DNA from: Ylistrum balloti
Taxonomy: Eukaryota
Direction: 5' to 3'
Length of the DNA: 64,000 nt
Assembly (NCBI RefSeq): GCF_031769215.1
Contig: NW_026782185.1
Location: 310,001 to 374,000, forward strand
Both the position numbers and the translations under genes were made by a program. This document shows, one piece after another, positions 51,101 through 63,511 of the stretch (position 1 is the first letter of the stretch; each line of letters starts with the position of its first letter). The notes below the pieces were generated by a model, which saw nothing but the letters and a program-made list of their open reading frames with translations, was not told the DNA's origin and ran no database searches.

Positions 51101-54100
51101 TACTAATGACTGCGGAAAAATGAAACGGCCATAATAATTTCAATAAGGTTCGCCTTTATTTTAGGGAGGAATCAAGAGCGTTGTATGGACGGACGTCTTT
51201 CAGTGTGTTACGATGTTCATTGGAATGATAACTGTTATCATAAAGGTATTTACATCTCGAAGTGTAAATGGAATTATGTTATAAAAGTCGTGATGAGGTG
51301 CATTTTTCTACATATCCTGTATCCCTCCATACATATGTATCTTGCGCCACTCATCGGTGCCGATAATTTGTACCCCATCTTTTTGTTGTACATATAGACT
51401 GAAGTTAATGTCATTCAGATCTATATATTATATAACAACAGTGATTGATATTATGGTTGTATTTGAAATGTTCCTGTCATTTAATAAATGACCATTTGAC
51501 AACATTTCTTTTCCCTGTTGTTTTTTGTTTATAAGACATGTACAACAAATAACAAGCTGCAGTCTCTGAGCTGGGTTACCGTGCTAACACAAATGGAATT
51601 ATACTATAAAAGTCATTAAGAAAATAACATAATTTCACCTCAAACTGACAAATGAAATGATTGAAAGAGATACCAATTACATTCTGCTGTGTAATTTGCA
51701 CTTCTCACAATAGAATAGAAAAAAAAAAAAAACAAACATGTTGTGTTTTATCTTTGTCTACTTCCATTTAACAGATTTGCGACAAACCATCGAGTATATT
51801 TCTGTATTTTGAAAATCATTGATATTGTGGGTGAACTCGTTTTACAAACATATGGACAGTTCTTTCGTAAAAATGGCACATTTAATAAAACGTTGTCTTC
51901 TTAAGATGTTTATATATTTTTTGTTAAAGGGCACCATCCTGATAGGACCGAATCACTCTATTTTCGGAATCGCAAGTGTTGGGAAGAGACTTGAGTTTTT
52001 TAAGTATAAAATCATTGCTTTAATTGCAAATTACTTATCAATTAATTGAAAACATCCTGTTTATCTACAATGTAAGAAATAACAGAGAAGCAAAAAGAAA
52101 AGAAAAAACCAGCTTATTGATATTAAAGAAAGAAAGTGTGACTTCTTGTCCCCCAAGATCCGGAGAAAAGAGGAGGAAGATTGCAATGACAACAATCAAC
52201 AACGAGAGAAATTAAAATCAAGTTTTGAATGTCTCCGTTGTATGTAGGTTTTGTGTTTGGAAGAAGAGACAAAAATGAAAAGATTAAAAACACATTATTC
52301 CATTAGTCAATTGCTCAGTCTATGCATACGTAGCATCTGGATGTGTAATGATAATACTTTTTTTTGATATTATGTGTTTAGGCTACCACTTCCAATTAGT
52401 ATATGTATCTTCCGTTAAATTATTTTTCTTTAAAACTGTTATATGAATTATTTTCGTCAAATACTAAAACTTTATATTGTAGTATTGGTTCACTTCGTTT
52501 TATCTTAAAGAACCCTATATCATTGAAATTTATCACAAAGTTCAAGTATCTTTATTTGTTATTTTTACCAGCTTTGATCTAGACCCCAGGATTCGTTATA
52601 GTAATTGGGGATTATGGATAGGTCTTGTGTTTATGAACATTCCAAACTGGTGCAACCAAGCAAGTGTCCAGAGGATTTCTTCTCTCCGGAGTCTTAAATC
52701 AGCTTATTTGTGAGTAATGTATTTTGCCTCATAGAAACGGAGTTAGAAATTAATTATTGGTTAAAAAACTCGTACACCCATTGACCAATATTTTGGGACA
52801 CGTATTAAATGAAAGGTATATTCGATACACACTTAAAGATTAAATGTCACATATACCCACAAAAACACATAGTTGATAAAGTAGCTGTCCCTCTTTTTTC
52901 CACAGAGCGTTTTGGTTGCTGGTTCCACTTCTTCTGATTTTGTATGTCTTCCTTGGATTATTGGGTATCATTAGTTATTCTTACTACAACACTTTGGAAT
53001 GTGACCCACTCTTAGGAGGATTCATCTCAAACATCAATCAGGTAGTATTCTCGTGATATATCACCTTTCTACCATTTTGTCAGGAATCATGTTTGAAGAA
53101 TCCTTAATTGTTTCAATAGAAAAAAGCTTGAATCAACAAATAAATGATATATTTAGGTGTAGCTTTTGATGAAATTATAATTTTCTTTTGTATATTCAAT
53201 ACGAACGTGAAATATTTTGCTTCTTTGCTGTGAATGAGTTTCTAAAGACTTTCCTTTTATGCCTTTCCATGACTTAAACGTTGCATATCTTTTCCATTGT
53301 AGTTGATACCTTATTTCGTGCTCGATGTGTTGCGATCTCTTCCAGGATTTTCCGGTGTCTTTATCAGCTGTTTGTTCAGCGGGGCACTTAGGTAACAATT
53401 AGCTGACTCATTTCTACATTGGATATTTAATTGAGATATTGCAAAGCAGAGTTGTTCTGTTGGTAAGAGAATGAAAGGTGTGAAAACTTAAATTCAAGAT
53501 TATTGTTTTGGCAGATTTATAAATAGAAAAATTGTAAAGGCTAAGATTGCGCCTTGTTTCATTCATGGTATATTAAATGGGTTTTTTAAACAAAAAACAT
53601 TCAGAGTTTTGCGTTTTTTGGTCTCGTTTCATCGATTGCTTGTTTCAATATCGATATTGTTTATATGTCAGCATTTTTCTTGCACAGTATGTAAGTTTTA
53701 TGTTGTATTTTCAGTACATTTTCGTCGGGTATCAACTCTTTAGCTGCCAACACTGTAGAGGATATTCTGGGTGACTGCGTCAAAACATCCAAGATGATTT
53801 CACAAACACTTGTAGCAAAGTTATTTGGTGAGTTGTGAATTGTTTAGTAGGAAAAATGTCGCGTAATACAGTTCATTTTTCTCCATTTAAACAACATTAA
53901 CAGCAAACGTATTCCTTTACAATTAAATTTAATATTCAGTTTGTCATTGACGTTTCCCTGTAGTGATCTTTTATGGATTGGTGGTCATTGGGCTAGCATA
54001 CGCAATCAACTCCATGCCAGGTTCAGTGATTCAGGTAACTACCTCAATACTTAAAGTGCCATCGTTCGAAAAGTCTGTATGCTGGATATAATTGAGTTAA

Positions 54101-56926
54101 AGAAATTCGAAACTTAATATCACCTTAATGTATAAAAACAAGACATAACACCAACTTTTACAAACTTTTCCTTGTCATAAGAGATTGTTCGAAGATTAAC
54201 AAAAAAATGGATATAGAAAGGTGATAAGTATGTTTAATCTTCACAGACCCCAGAATCATAATATTTTCATTTAGATGGCGGGGATCGTTTTTGGCGCATG
54301 TGGAGGACCGATGTCGGGGCTTTTCTATCTTGGCGGAATGGTACCGAAAGCAAACTGGATAGTAAGTTATCATCATATACTTTTATATATTATGTTTTAG
54401 CCTGATATCAAAATTGTTTACATTTATTTCAGAATCAAATGTCTTAAAATCGTTTAGTATAGTATCGGTAAATGATCAATAACTTATTTTAAAAAAGATT
54501 TTGATTATATCTTTGTTTGAGGTGTTATACGTTTTGAAATCACATGGATAATCACATGATTGTATACTTAAGTATGCTATATTTACTTAAGAATATAAAT
54601 GAAAAGTATAATATGTAAGTTATATTTCAGGGTGCGATTGTCGGCAGTGTAACAGCTCTTGTCTTCAATATTTGGCTAACAGTAGGTGCACAATTATACG
54701 GGAATCGTCCTGAAATATTACAATTCAACCCCACGAACCGGTGTTTTCCCGATAACATCACGACCACGATGGTAGAATCAACGACCTACAACTACAACAT
54801 AACGACAGGCGGATACTCCAGTGAATCAATAAACAATCATAACACGTAAGGTTAACTAATGGTGATGTTTGGGTCAAAAATCGTAATCAATGGGGCATGG
54901 GCTTCTGGAAGGTTTTGTGTGATTTCGTGAAATTCAATATATACATGTTAGAGTTTGTGGAAATTGTGATATTGTACACAAGCTCTTTAATAGGAAAATC
55001 AACCACGACACGTAAAGAATTGTCAATATCGTAGGTTCGGAATGAAGTAGGGTACCTATAAGAGGTAAACTGCTGATATAAAAGGCGTCCATACTAGAAG
55101 GGCCATATCTACTTAATTTCTATATAACCACTGCAATTACTCAGACTTCCACAAAAAAAAAAAAAAAAAAAAAAAACAATAATACAAAGACACTTCCCGA
55201 TTCGTACGTCTATTTCATTTTACAAAATACAAACTTCAATTATAACTTGCAAAGACAATTTGTGAATTATGAACATCGTCACCCTTAGCTCTATAACATT
55301 ACCGGATAAAGTATTTAAAATCAGTTATTGCTATGTGTTTCTATGTCAATATTCAGATATGATGAAGGTTTTTTCCTGTACAATATTTCCTACGTCTGGT
55401 ATGGTCTTACTGGTTTCTGCCTAACTTTGATCGTCGGCACTGTCGTCAGCTTGTGTACAAGTAAGTATATACACATAAGAAAAGTTCTAATTTCTGATTT
55501 CTTTTCCGTTTAACGATGTTAATCAACTAGTCATCCATTCCCGAACGTCATTATCTGCACTGAAAACTGATAGATATTAATGACAAAAGATACATACAAA
55601 CAACCATTAAAACACATTCCCTTGTATCTGTGATTTTTATGCCAACGTTATTGTCATTATAAACGTCTTATACAACCTGAAAAATTATTTACTACAGGAC
55701 GGACATCGTGTAAGAGGTTTTAATGATTACGTATATACCTTATGTGACTCTGATTCAGCGGTCACTGTGATTACAATGAGGCATTTATTCCGAATTAAAC
55801 AGGTAGTGAGCGCGAAGAAACTGTGGATGCCCGTCTCATCTTCCCTGTTTGTAGAAAAGTGTTTCGTCTGGAAGCTACTTCTACTTATCAATTAACAGAG
55901 ACAGAGAACAAGGTATACGTATATCATACACACAATGTAACAGGTGTCACAACATGTATCATGTTTATGGATTAAATTTTAAACGTTGTAAGATAATGTT
56001 TACTGTATATCTTTAATAATTTGATATTGATTGTCTGTATTGGCCTCCATTCAGAGTGATTTCCAAATTTCTTGACGGGATCATTGAATAACATTATGAC
56101 AAACTCCGTTGAAACAAACAACTATCAAATTATTCATTAAGGTACCTGGACATGGATATGACTTGTTAATACATATCTTTATTTTTTAAAATAACGTGGT
56201 AGTTGAACATATACATCCTCGGATGGTTTTAGAATAGTGCGCAAACACATACATCCTCGGATGGTTTTAGAATAGTGCGCAAACACATACATCCTCGGAT
56301 GGTTTTAGAATAGTGCGCAAACACATACATCCTCGGATGGTTTTAGAATAGTGCGCAAACACATACATCCTCGGATGGTTTTAGAATAGTGCGCAAACAC
56401 ATACATCCTCGGATGGTTTTAGAATAGTGCGCAAACATATACATCTTCGTATGGTTTTAGAATGGTGCGCAAACATATAAATCTTCGGTGATTAATGTCA
56501 ATTTTGTAAGAGATGTTAGAAGCTGACATTGGCTACCACCGTCTCTTCATGTTATTATTAATCATGATGTAAAAACTTAATAAGCGTTGACTAAGTAGGT
56601 ACATAATCAGAGGGGAAAATGGAAAATGGTGCTAAAGCACTCTTTTCATTACCTCGGAACAGCTTTATAAAAATAGGCAGTTCAAGTCATAGCCAGGAAG
56701 AGCTGACAGTGTTTTCTATTCTGAATCGTTCGATATAATAATGCTGTAATCAACATCATTTCTAATGGAAAAGAACTAATGTGTTCCTTTACATGGTAAT
56801 TGTTTAGTATAGTTAAATATCATGATAAGAAAGTAGAACAATTGTTTTTATTTGTAGCCAACTCTGGAACAAACGCCTGTCAACGAAGAATCAACTGACA
56901 AAGAATGGAGAACGTCTAAGTTGTAA
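47392..56926 (+). CDS. Gene D: SLC5A5/6/8/12-clade sodium:solute symporter, 16 coding exons, 609 aa
   Basis: Exons: 47392-47745, 48623-48691, 50198-50249, 50773-50840, 51165-51245, 51930-52003, 52572-52709, 52906-53041, 53303-53391, 53715-53827, 53964-54034, 54275-54361, 54631-54845, 55357-55460, 55803-55912, 56858-56926. Total 1830 nt, open, GT-AG. Ends ...WRTSKL*. Confidence 0.93.
48117..48146. repeat. (TA)n microsatellite in gene D intron 1
   Basis: About 14-15 consecutive TA units. Confidence 0.85.
49100..49900 (-). mobile_element. Decayed Tc1/mariner transposase relic in gene D intron 2 (orthologous to the one in C)
   Basis: ORF 49348-49746 contains LRFTNRNWADVL...GERCTGVCVLRRRQVGEGSIMGWVGVTTLGITYLVIVEGCL, a Tc1 catalytic-region pattern. 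The C-terminal INSIRHRC..GNGPHT relic is at ~49120-49175. Same intron, strand and right flank as in C. Confidence 0.8.
56205..56490. repeat. 38-bp minisatellite (~7 copies) in gene D intron 15
   Basis: Unit acatacatcctcggatggttttagaatagtgcgcaaac; six essentially identical copies, then one variant and a partial copy. Confidence 0.93.
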
Positions 56927-56932
56927 AATAAA
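56927..56932 (+). promoter_or_regulatory. Candidate polyadenylation signal abutting the stop codon of gene D
   Basis: TAA (56924-56926) is directly followed by AATAAA. Confidence 0.45.
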
Positions 56933-59869
56933 AATGTTCATGGTGATCTCATTGAGAAATGTTCTGTTTTATTTGTGCGAAAAGAATCTGGACGTGTTTG
57001 ATGCTCGTTTGTTTGTATGTTGTTTCCGTTATTGTATACCTTGTTCTCATTTGAGAACATAACATTACCTACTTGGATTGTCGATTAAAACCTATTCACT
57101 TTAGATAAAACATGATCCGGGCATATGTTTGCTCCTCTGTAAGTCTACAAAAATGCAAAAATGAATTATGATTAAGAAATGCATTCGGGTTAATAATTTT
57201 ATGTAGATAATTGAACAAATGAGGCAGTCAAAAAAATTTTCCAAACAGCCTCATCCTTCATTTCTTCCTCATGCTTTTGCTTTACTAAAAGTGCATTGAA
57301 TTATAAATTGGAGGAATCAATGAGATATTATGCTGGTTGATATTATATAAAATATATTTGTACAGACTATATTTGAAAACATCTCTGTGTATAGTATAAA
57401 GCTCATTACCGGTTATTTCATCAACGCATAGCTAAAAAAGGAAATACCGACATGTTGAAAAAAAGCAAGAGCAACCCACTTCGAAAAACGAGAGAAACGA
57501 CATTCACGCAAAACTGCTAACAAAAATCAGAAAAAAAAATTGCAAATAGACAATGAAAAAGTACAAAACAATTCATTGTAAAGTATAAATCTGTTCTTTC
57601 ACGGGCACCCTGTTTCTTGGTAATCTAAAACGAAAAAGATATATCACAATCTCAATATTATAACGAATGTAACGATAAAGTACGCTTTAGGTACATAAAC
57701 AAGCATCGATGATATACTTTTTTCACAGAAGGAAAAGAATAATCCTCAATAAGAGATAACAACAATGAAACTTTCTTATAACCTTCATTAAACAGCGTCC
57801 CCCATAACCCTGTGTTGTTACTATTGTCCTGTTAGCTACTTACATCTCACAGGAAAATCACGATGTTGACAGCTTCTCCATTCATATTACACCATCTGCT
57901 ACAGACATAAAGGACAATTATTAAGTAAACAGGAATGTTACTATTAAAAAATGAAGTATTCAAGGAAGGAAAAAATGTTTTACACTTATCACACGAATAA
58001 AAAGCCAATTGTACTTGAAGTTTTAGAAATGAGTCAACTGCTGAAATAGAGATTAGAATAGATAGCAGGTTGTTTACACTGCCGCTGGACCGTAAGTCCC
58101 CTGGATTCGCTGCAACCTGCATATCACGTTTTGATTCACTCTTATTATGGCACGGTTTAGAATATACACATATCCTTAACACTCTCCTAAAATGATCTGA
58201 TAAACGATAATTACGAAATTTATTTAATTTAAGGGCTTTTCTTTGTTTTTACAAATCAAAATAAAAGAAACGCCAGAATACCTCCGACAGATATATGCAA
58301 ATTAGTGGACATAAAAAGGTACAACCAGTGACTAATTATCATTCTGTTTCAAAACCACAGTCAAGACGTTATTCCAAAGTGTATAGATTTTGTGTCAATT
58401 TCACATATGTTCCATCGCTGCGTGTTAGCCAGTTACGTTGCAACAGACAAGCATGTATTAACGTCATAAATGTGTTTCATCTGTACAGCACAGCTGCATT
58501 GTTAAACATGTAATTAGATTCCGTATTTTATGGTTCAACATTTTATATCACCAACTCATGAATATGTACACACGGAACCTTTATCATACGTTAAAAGGCA
58601 TAAGCTGATGACGTAATTCAGTGTCTTTGTAGTTCCCGTGTATCATATTATAGCTGACACACATGCGTGTATAGACAAATATATAAATTTTGTGTGAAAT
58701 AATGGAATAGTATTCCTTCATTATTAAACTATTAAATGGACAATTATCAGAAATTTTATTTGTGTAATATTTTCATACAGATATGAGTTATCTCTGTGGA
58801 TATACAAAAGCGTGGAACTATATAGTTATTAATGATTTGTTTGAACTAAACATAACCTTCCATAACCTTCAAACACTAGGGAACTCGTCAGAATAAATAT
58901 GAATGTAGGATACAACATATTCTGTTTTGCACGCACAAATCCAGAATCTACGTTACAGTTGTCTTTTATGCATTCTCCATCTAGTCACATAAACAACCAA
59001 AAGAATGATATGAATGAATGTGGTCACCATATGGTGACTTTTAATGGATTTTACAAACACATAGACATAATTATGACACACCTGAACATTATTTTCTCAC
59101 ATTATTCATATCAAAATGGTAAAAACAAATACATCATTTGTTAGAAATATGTTAAATTATAATAATCACCTGATGAAAAGCATACGTGAGGGTTGCCAAA
59201 CTCTGCCACTAAACCCAGATGTAAAACATGAATCATCGTAGAAAGAAATACTCTTTGATGCAAAGTTTTTATTGTGGAAAGAAGATGAGCTATGTGAGAT
59301 GAATTCACAACAGAGCTATAATGGTTGAAACCATTGTTAATAGCACAAATCGAGAATACAGACCAAAATCAACTAAATGTTGCTCGGTAGGAGAGAGTCA
59401 TGATGCATTTCCTAATTCTCCAACTCCTCCAAAAAGCTCCGTGGTAGATATTGGGGCTGTTTGGATGTCGCTGTTGCATCCATTCCTGGTACTTCCTTCT
59501 TGAAATCTGCAACAGTGTAAACAAAAGCAGCATTGCGAAATGTCTGATCACTTAATGATTTTTTTGTCTCTGTTTGACTTTTAAATTTCCAACAATACAT
59601 TATTATCATCCCTGACGTTAAGTACATACCGGTGAAATACATTCTATCTAAACAGCACAGAGATATTAATCATCCATTATTTCCTTGAATACAGTATTAT
59701 TCTCTTTACAAGGAGGAAACCATCACGTCTGATATTCTTATCATCGTCAATATGATATTGATAAAAGCTTTCATGTTTTAATTTCATAATTATTGATAAC
59801 ATAAACCTACAAGAGAAAACAATCAAGACTCTCAAGAATAGTAGATATCATTGTATGGAAACCTAATGA

Positions 59870-60130
59870 TATATGCTACCTAAATAATACTTAAATGTAG
59901 CGATGCGTGGTAACTTACTGTGACAACTTACGGGTGAGTGTTACCTTCCTATGATTAAATAAGAAAGCATGTTATATTACTGCATAATGATGCGTGTTGC
60001 TTTACTGTGATAACTTTAGGATGCGTGTTGCCTTACTGTGATAACTTAAGGGTGAGTGTTACCTAACAGTGATAACGAAAGGTACATGTTATCTTACTCT
60101 GATTAAATAAAGATGCATGTTACATTCCTA
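59870..60130. repeat. Degenerate ~31-bp tandem repeat upstream of gene E, same seed as the 48-bp repeat of D
   Basis: gatgcgtgttgctttactgtgataactttag / gatgcgtgttgccttactgtgataacttaag / ggtgagtgttacctaacagtgataacgaaag. Shares the ttactgtgat core with 46373-46519. Confidence 0.65.
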
Positions 60131-61051
60131 CGATAATTTGCAAAATGATTAGTTTGATAACCTTTCTAAAAAGCATTTTATCTATATACAAAAGTCAGAT
60201 GTAGAAGAAAACTGTTCTAGGATAATTCTTATCTTATCTAAATTGCAATGCCATTAATTGTATCGTTAAGAAGTTCTAAAGAGGAAAAGTATGGTGTGGA
60301 TCGATGCGTTTATGTCTGTGAGGGGGAATTCCATCAGATTTGAAATCACTGAACTAGGTTTGATAGTAAGCGATTTTTCGTTTTATCATTTTTGTTGCGT
60401 GAGCTGATATAACTTTCATTACACGTGAAAATCGCGAATGAAATATCATCAATGTGAGGAACAACTTTCTATAACGTCACCTTGTTTTCGTCTATACTTT
60501 TTGGGTAACTTTCTTGTCTTTATGGGGAAATTAGAAAGAACGACATACCAATAATGATATATAGTTTTCCCTTGGATGGTAGACTAGTACATGTAGAAGA
60601 CATTTATGGGAAAATATGGATAAAATGGACAGATTCCATATTTGAAATTCAGCTGACTATAATATTAGTAATATCATTAAATGTTAAAATATCGATCAAT
60701 ACTACACAATTTCAGAATGATGTGCTTCTCATTAAAAGTAATTATTAATATATACAATACTACAAAGACGATATTTTAGCAATGAAATAATCAGGTAGAA
60801 TAGATGACTTTATTTAAGTATCATATTGCAGCATCGAAAATAAAATTGATTGTATGTATATATATATATGAATATCTTGATATACATCTTCTGTGCAGAC
60901 AATGCGAAATAAACCATATAAAATATGCATGTTAATTCAAGATAAATAACGTTATTTAGCTATCATATTGCAGCATCTGAAATTAAAATGTATACGTGTT
61001 GTAAAAATATATATATACTGATGTACATCTTCTGACTTCTAAGAAATAAAC

Positions 61052-63475
61052 ATGGATTCGACATTTGTTCCAGCTCCCGCTCCACACATCGCCGACTATA
61101 TCGTTATAGCCATTTTCCTCTGTGTCTGTATAGGAATCGGTGTTTACTATGGTTACCAGACCAACAAGAACCCGACACTGGAGAATTATTTCTTTGGAAA
61201 CCGTCGTCTGCGTGTCCTGCCAGTGACTATGTCCATTTTTGTAACGTTTGTTTCTGCGATATCGGTAATGGGTCTTCCAGCCGAGATATACGAGTTTGGA
61301 ATTCGAGCTATTTATGGAGGCGTGGCTCACGTGTTGTCTTTATTTATAGCTAATATTACTGTTGTCCCTCTACTCTACCCACTAAAATTGACCAGTACTT
61401 ATGAGGTAAGATTGAAGATCAATAACGTTTTGAAATAACATATTTGGGGGACTGGTTTTGAAGATAAATAGTACGATTCTATAATGGATTTTTGAAAAAT
61501 ATTTACTTTAAACCAAGATTTCACATCTTCCCCTAAGGATCCTTAGTTAAAACAGGCTACAAAAAGACACTATTTCTTATCAAGAAAAAATGTTTACTTT
61601 TGGAATCAGAGTTGATCGTGGAGGTGATTTGTTCAAGGAACAGTTATATAACACTAATTAGGCATTTTGTCTTCTTACGAATCCTTCTAAAATTCATATA
61701 CGATATGCATTTTATATATTTTCTGATATGTGTTTTCTGTTCATGGTTTCGGCGTCCTTATGCAATTTTCATTTATTTGAAAATTACGACATTTACCAAA
61801 TTATTTGGCAAGTACATCCTCCTATCTACATTTTGACTTTTTTTGTCGATCAAGTTTGATTATCATCAACCTCCTGGAAACTTTGATATTTAAAAGAGGC
61901 ATTTTTTAGTATTTCCTTGATTTCATACAATTCGAAAATTTTGAATAACATGTCACTTCCCGAAGAAAATTTCAGAAGTTTATATATTGATACAAAGGTT
62001 ATGACCAAAACAATGCCTAGTTGACTGGTCAAGTCATATGTGTTTCTTGCACGAAATGTATGTCCGACATCCTGTGAGAGTGTGTATATCAGATATACGG
62101 TGGGAGTGTGTATATCAGATATCATGTGGGAGTGTGTATATCAGATATCCTGTGAGAGTGTGTATATCATATATCCTGTGGGAGTGTGTATATCAGATAT
62201 CCTGTGGAAGTGTGTATATCAGATATCCTGTGGGAGTGTGTATATCAGATATCCTGTTGGAGTGTGTATATCAGATATCATGTGGGAGTGTGTATATCAG
62301 ATATCCTGTGGGAGTGTGTATATCAGATATCCTGTGAGAGTGTGTATATCATATATCCTGTGGGAGTGTGTATATCAGATATACGGTGGGAGTGTGTATA
62401 TCAGATATCCTGTTGGAGTGTGTATATCAGATATCCTGTGAGAGTGTGTATATCAGATATCCTGTGGAAGTGTGTATATCAGATATCCTGTGGGAGTGTG
62501 TATATCAGATATCCTGTGGAAGTGTGTATATCAGATATCCTGTGGGAGTGTGTATATCAGATATCCTGTGGGAGTGTGTATATCAGATATCCTGTGGGAG
62601 TGTGTATATCAGATATCCTGTGGAAGTTTGTATATCAGATATCCTGTGGGAGTGTGTATATCAGATATCCTGTTGGAGTGTGTATATCAGATATCCTGTG
62701 AGAGTGTGATATCCTGTGAGAGTGTGTATATCAGATATCCTGTGAGAGTGTGTATATCAGATATCATGTGGGAGTGTGTATATCAGATATCCTGTGGGAG
62801 TGTGTATATCAGATATCCTGTGGAAGTGTGTATATCAGATATCCTGTGGAAGTTTGTATATCAGATATCCTGTGGAAGTGTGTATATCAGATATCCTGTG
62901 GGAGTGTGTATATCAGATATCCTGTGAGAGTGTGTATATCAGATATCCTGTAGGAGTGTGTATATCAGATATTCTGTGGGAGTGTGGACTCCTTGTTTTC
63001 TGAGTTGCTGTTCATTACCAGAAGAAATTCCATGACGTTCCTTGTTTCCATCAGTTACTCGACTATATTATCTTTTCTGAAAAATACCTTAAAGTTCCTG
63101 GTGTCTCCATATTCATTAAACAAATCATACATAAAATCGTATTTCTGTAACCATTTTTACTAACATCTGTTATGAAGGACAATTCACTAGTAAAGACAAA
63201 GGCTGAGTTACCACAGAAGACGTATGAACATATGATGAATTGCAATGATAGATAACAATCCATACGAGTATTTGGGACATATATTTCTTATAGTAATTAA
63301 TCAAACTCTGTAAGCAACGTATTTCATTTTACTAGGAATTCGAAAATGACAACAAATTAAAGCTAAATCATGAAGTACTATAATTTTTTATTTATTTTCT
63401 AAACAGTACCTACAACTACGATATAATTCCAAAGGTGTTCGTCTCATGGGGATGGCAATTGGAATGCTTCACACG
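61052..63475 (+). CDS. Gene E (5' partial): SLC5A5/6/8/12-clade sodium:solute symporter, exons 1-2 only, continues beyond window
   Basis: Exon 1 61052-61405 (MDSTFVPAPAPHIADY...LTSTYE, donor GTAAGA). Exon 2 63407-63475 (YLQLRYNSKGVRLMGMAIGMLHT, donor GTAGGT). Same sizes (354, 69 nt) as in C and D. Confidence 0.88.
62069..62986. repeat. 26-bp minisatellite (~35 copies) in gene E intron 1
   Basis: Unit gtgtgtatatcagatatcctgtggga with variants (gaga, gaag, ttgg, catg). It explains the stack of overlapping ORFs at 62038-63003. Confidence 0.96.
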
Positions 63476-63511
63476 GTAGGTTTGTTGATTTTCATAATGC
63501 AAATATTATGG

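Noticed and set aside
56205-56490. Short inverted repeats inside several minisatellite units (catcc/ggatg, atatc/gatat, cac-a-gtg) as a common origin mechanism
   Set aside because: 4-5 bp inverted repeats are expected by chance in 20-50 nt units, and the 29-bp unit lacks one.
56915-56926. C-terminal SKL of gene D as a peroxisomal PTS1
   Set aside because: PTS1 imports soluble matrix proteins; for a polytopic plasma-membrane symporter a PDZ ligand is the better reading.
58605-58611. Other CTGATGA/CTGACGA hits (4803, 58605, ~58886 minus, 59170) as hammerheads
   Set aside because: No stem II followed by GAAA and no stem I/III pairing.
62038-63003. Stack of overlapping 67-171 aa ORFs
   Set aside because: By-product of the 26-bp tandem repeat; lies in an intron, with no splice or homology support.
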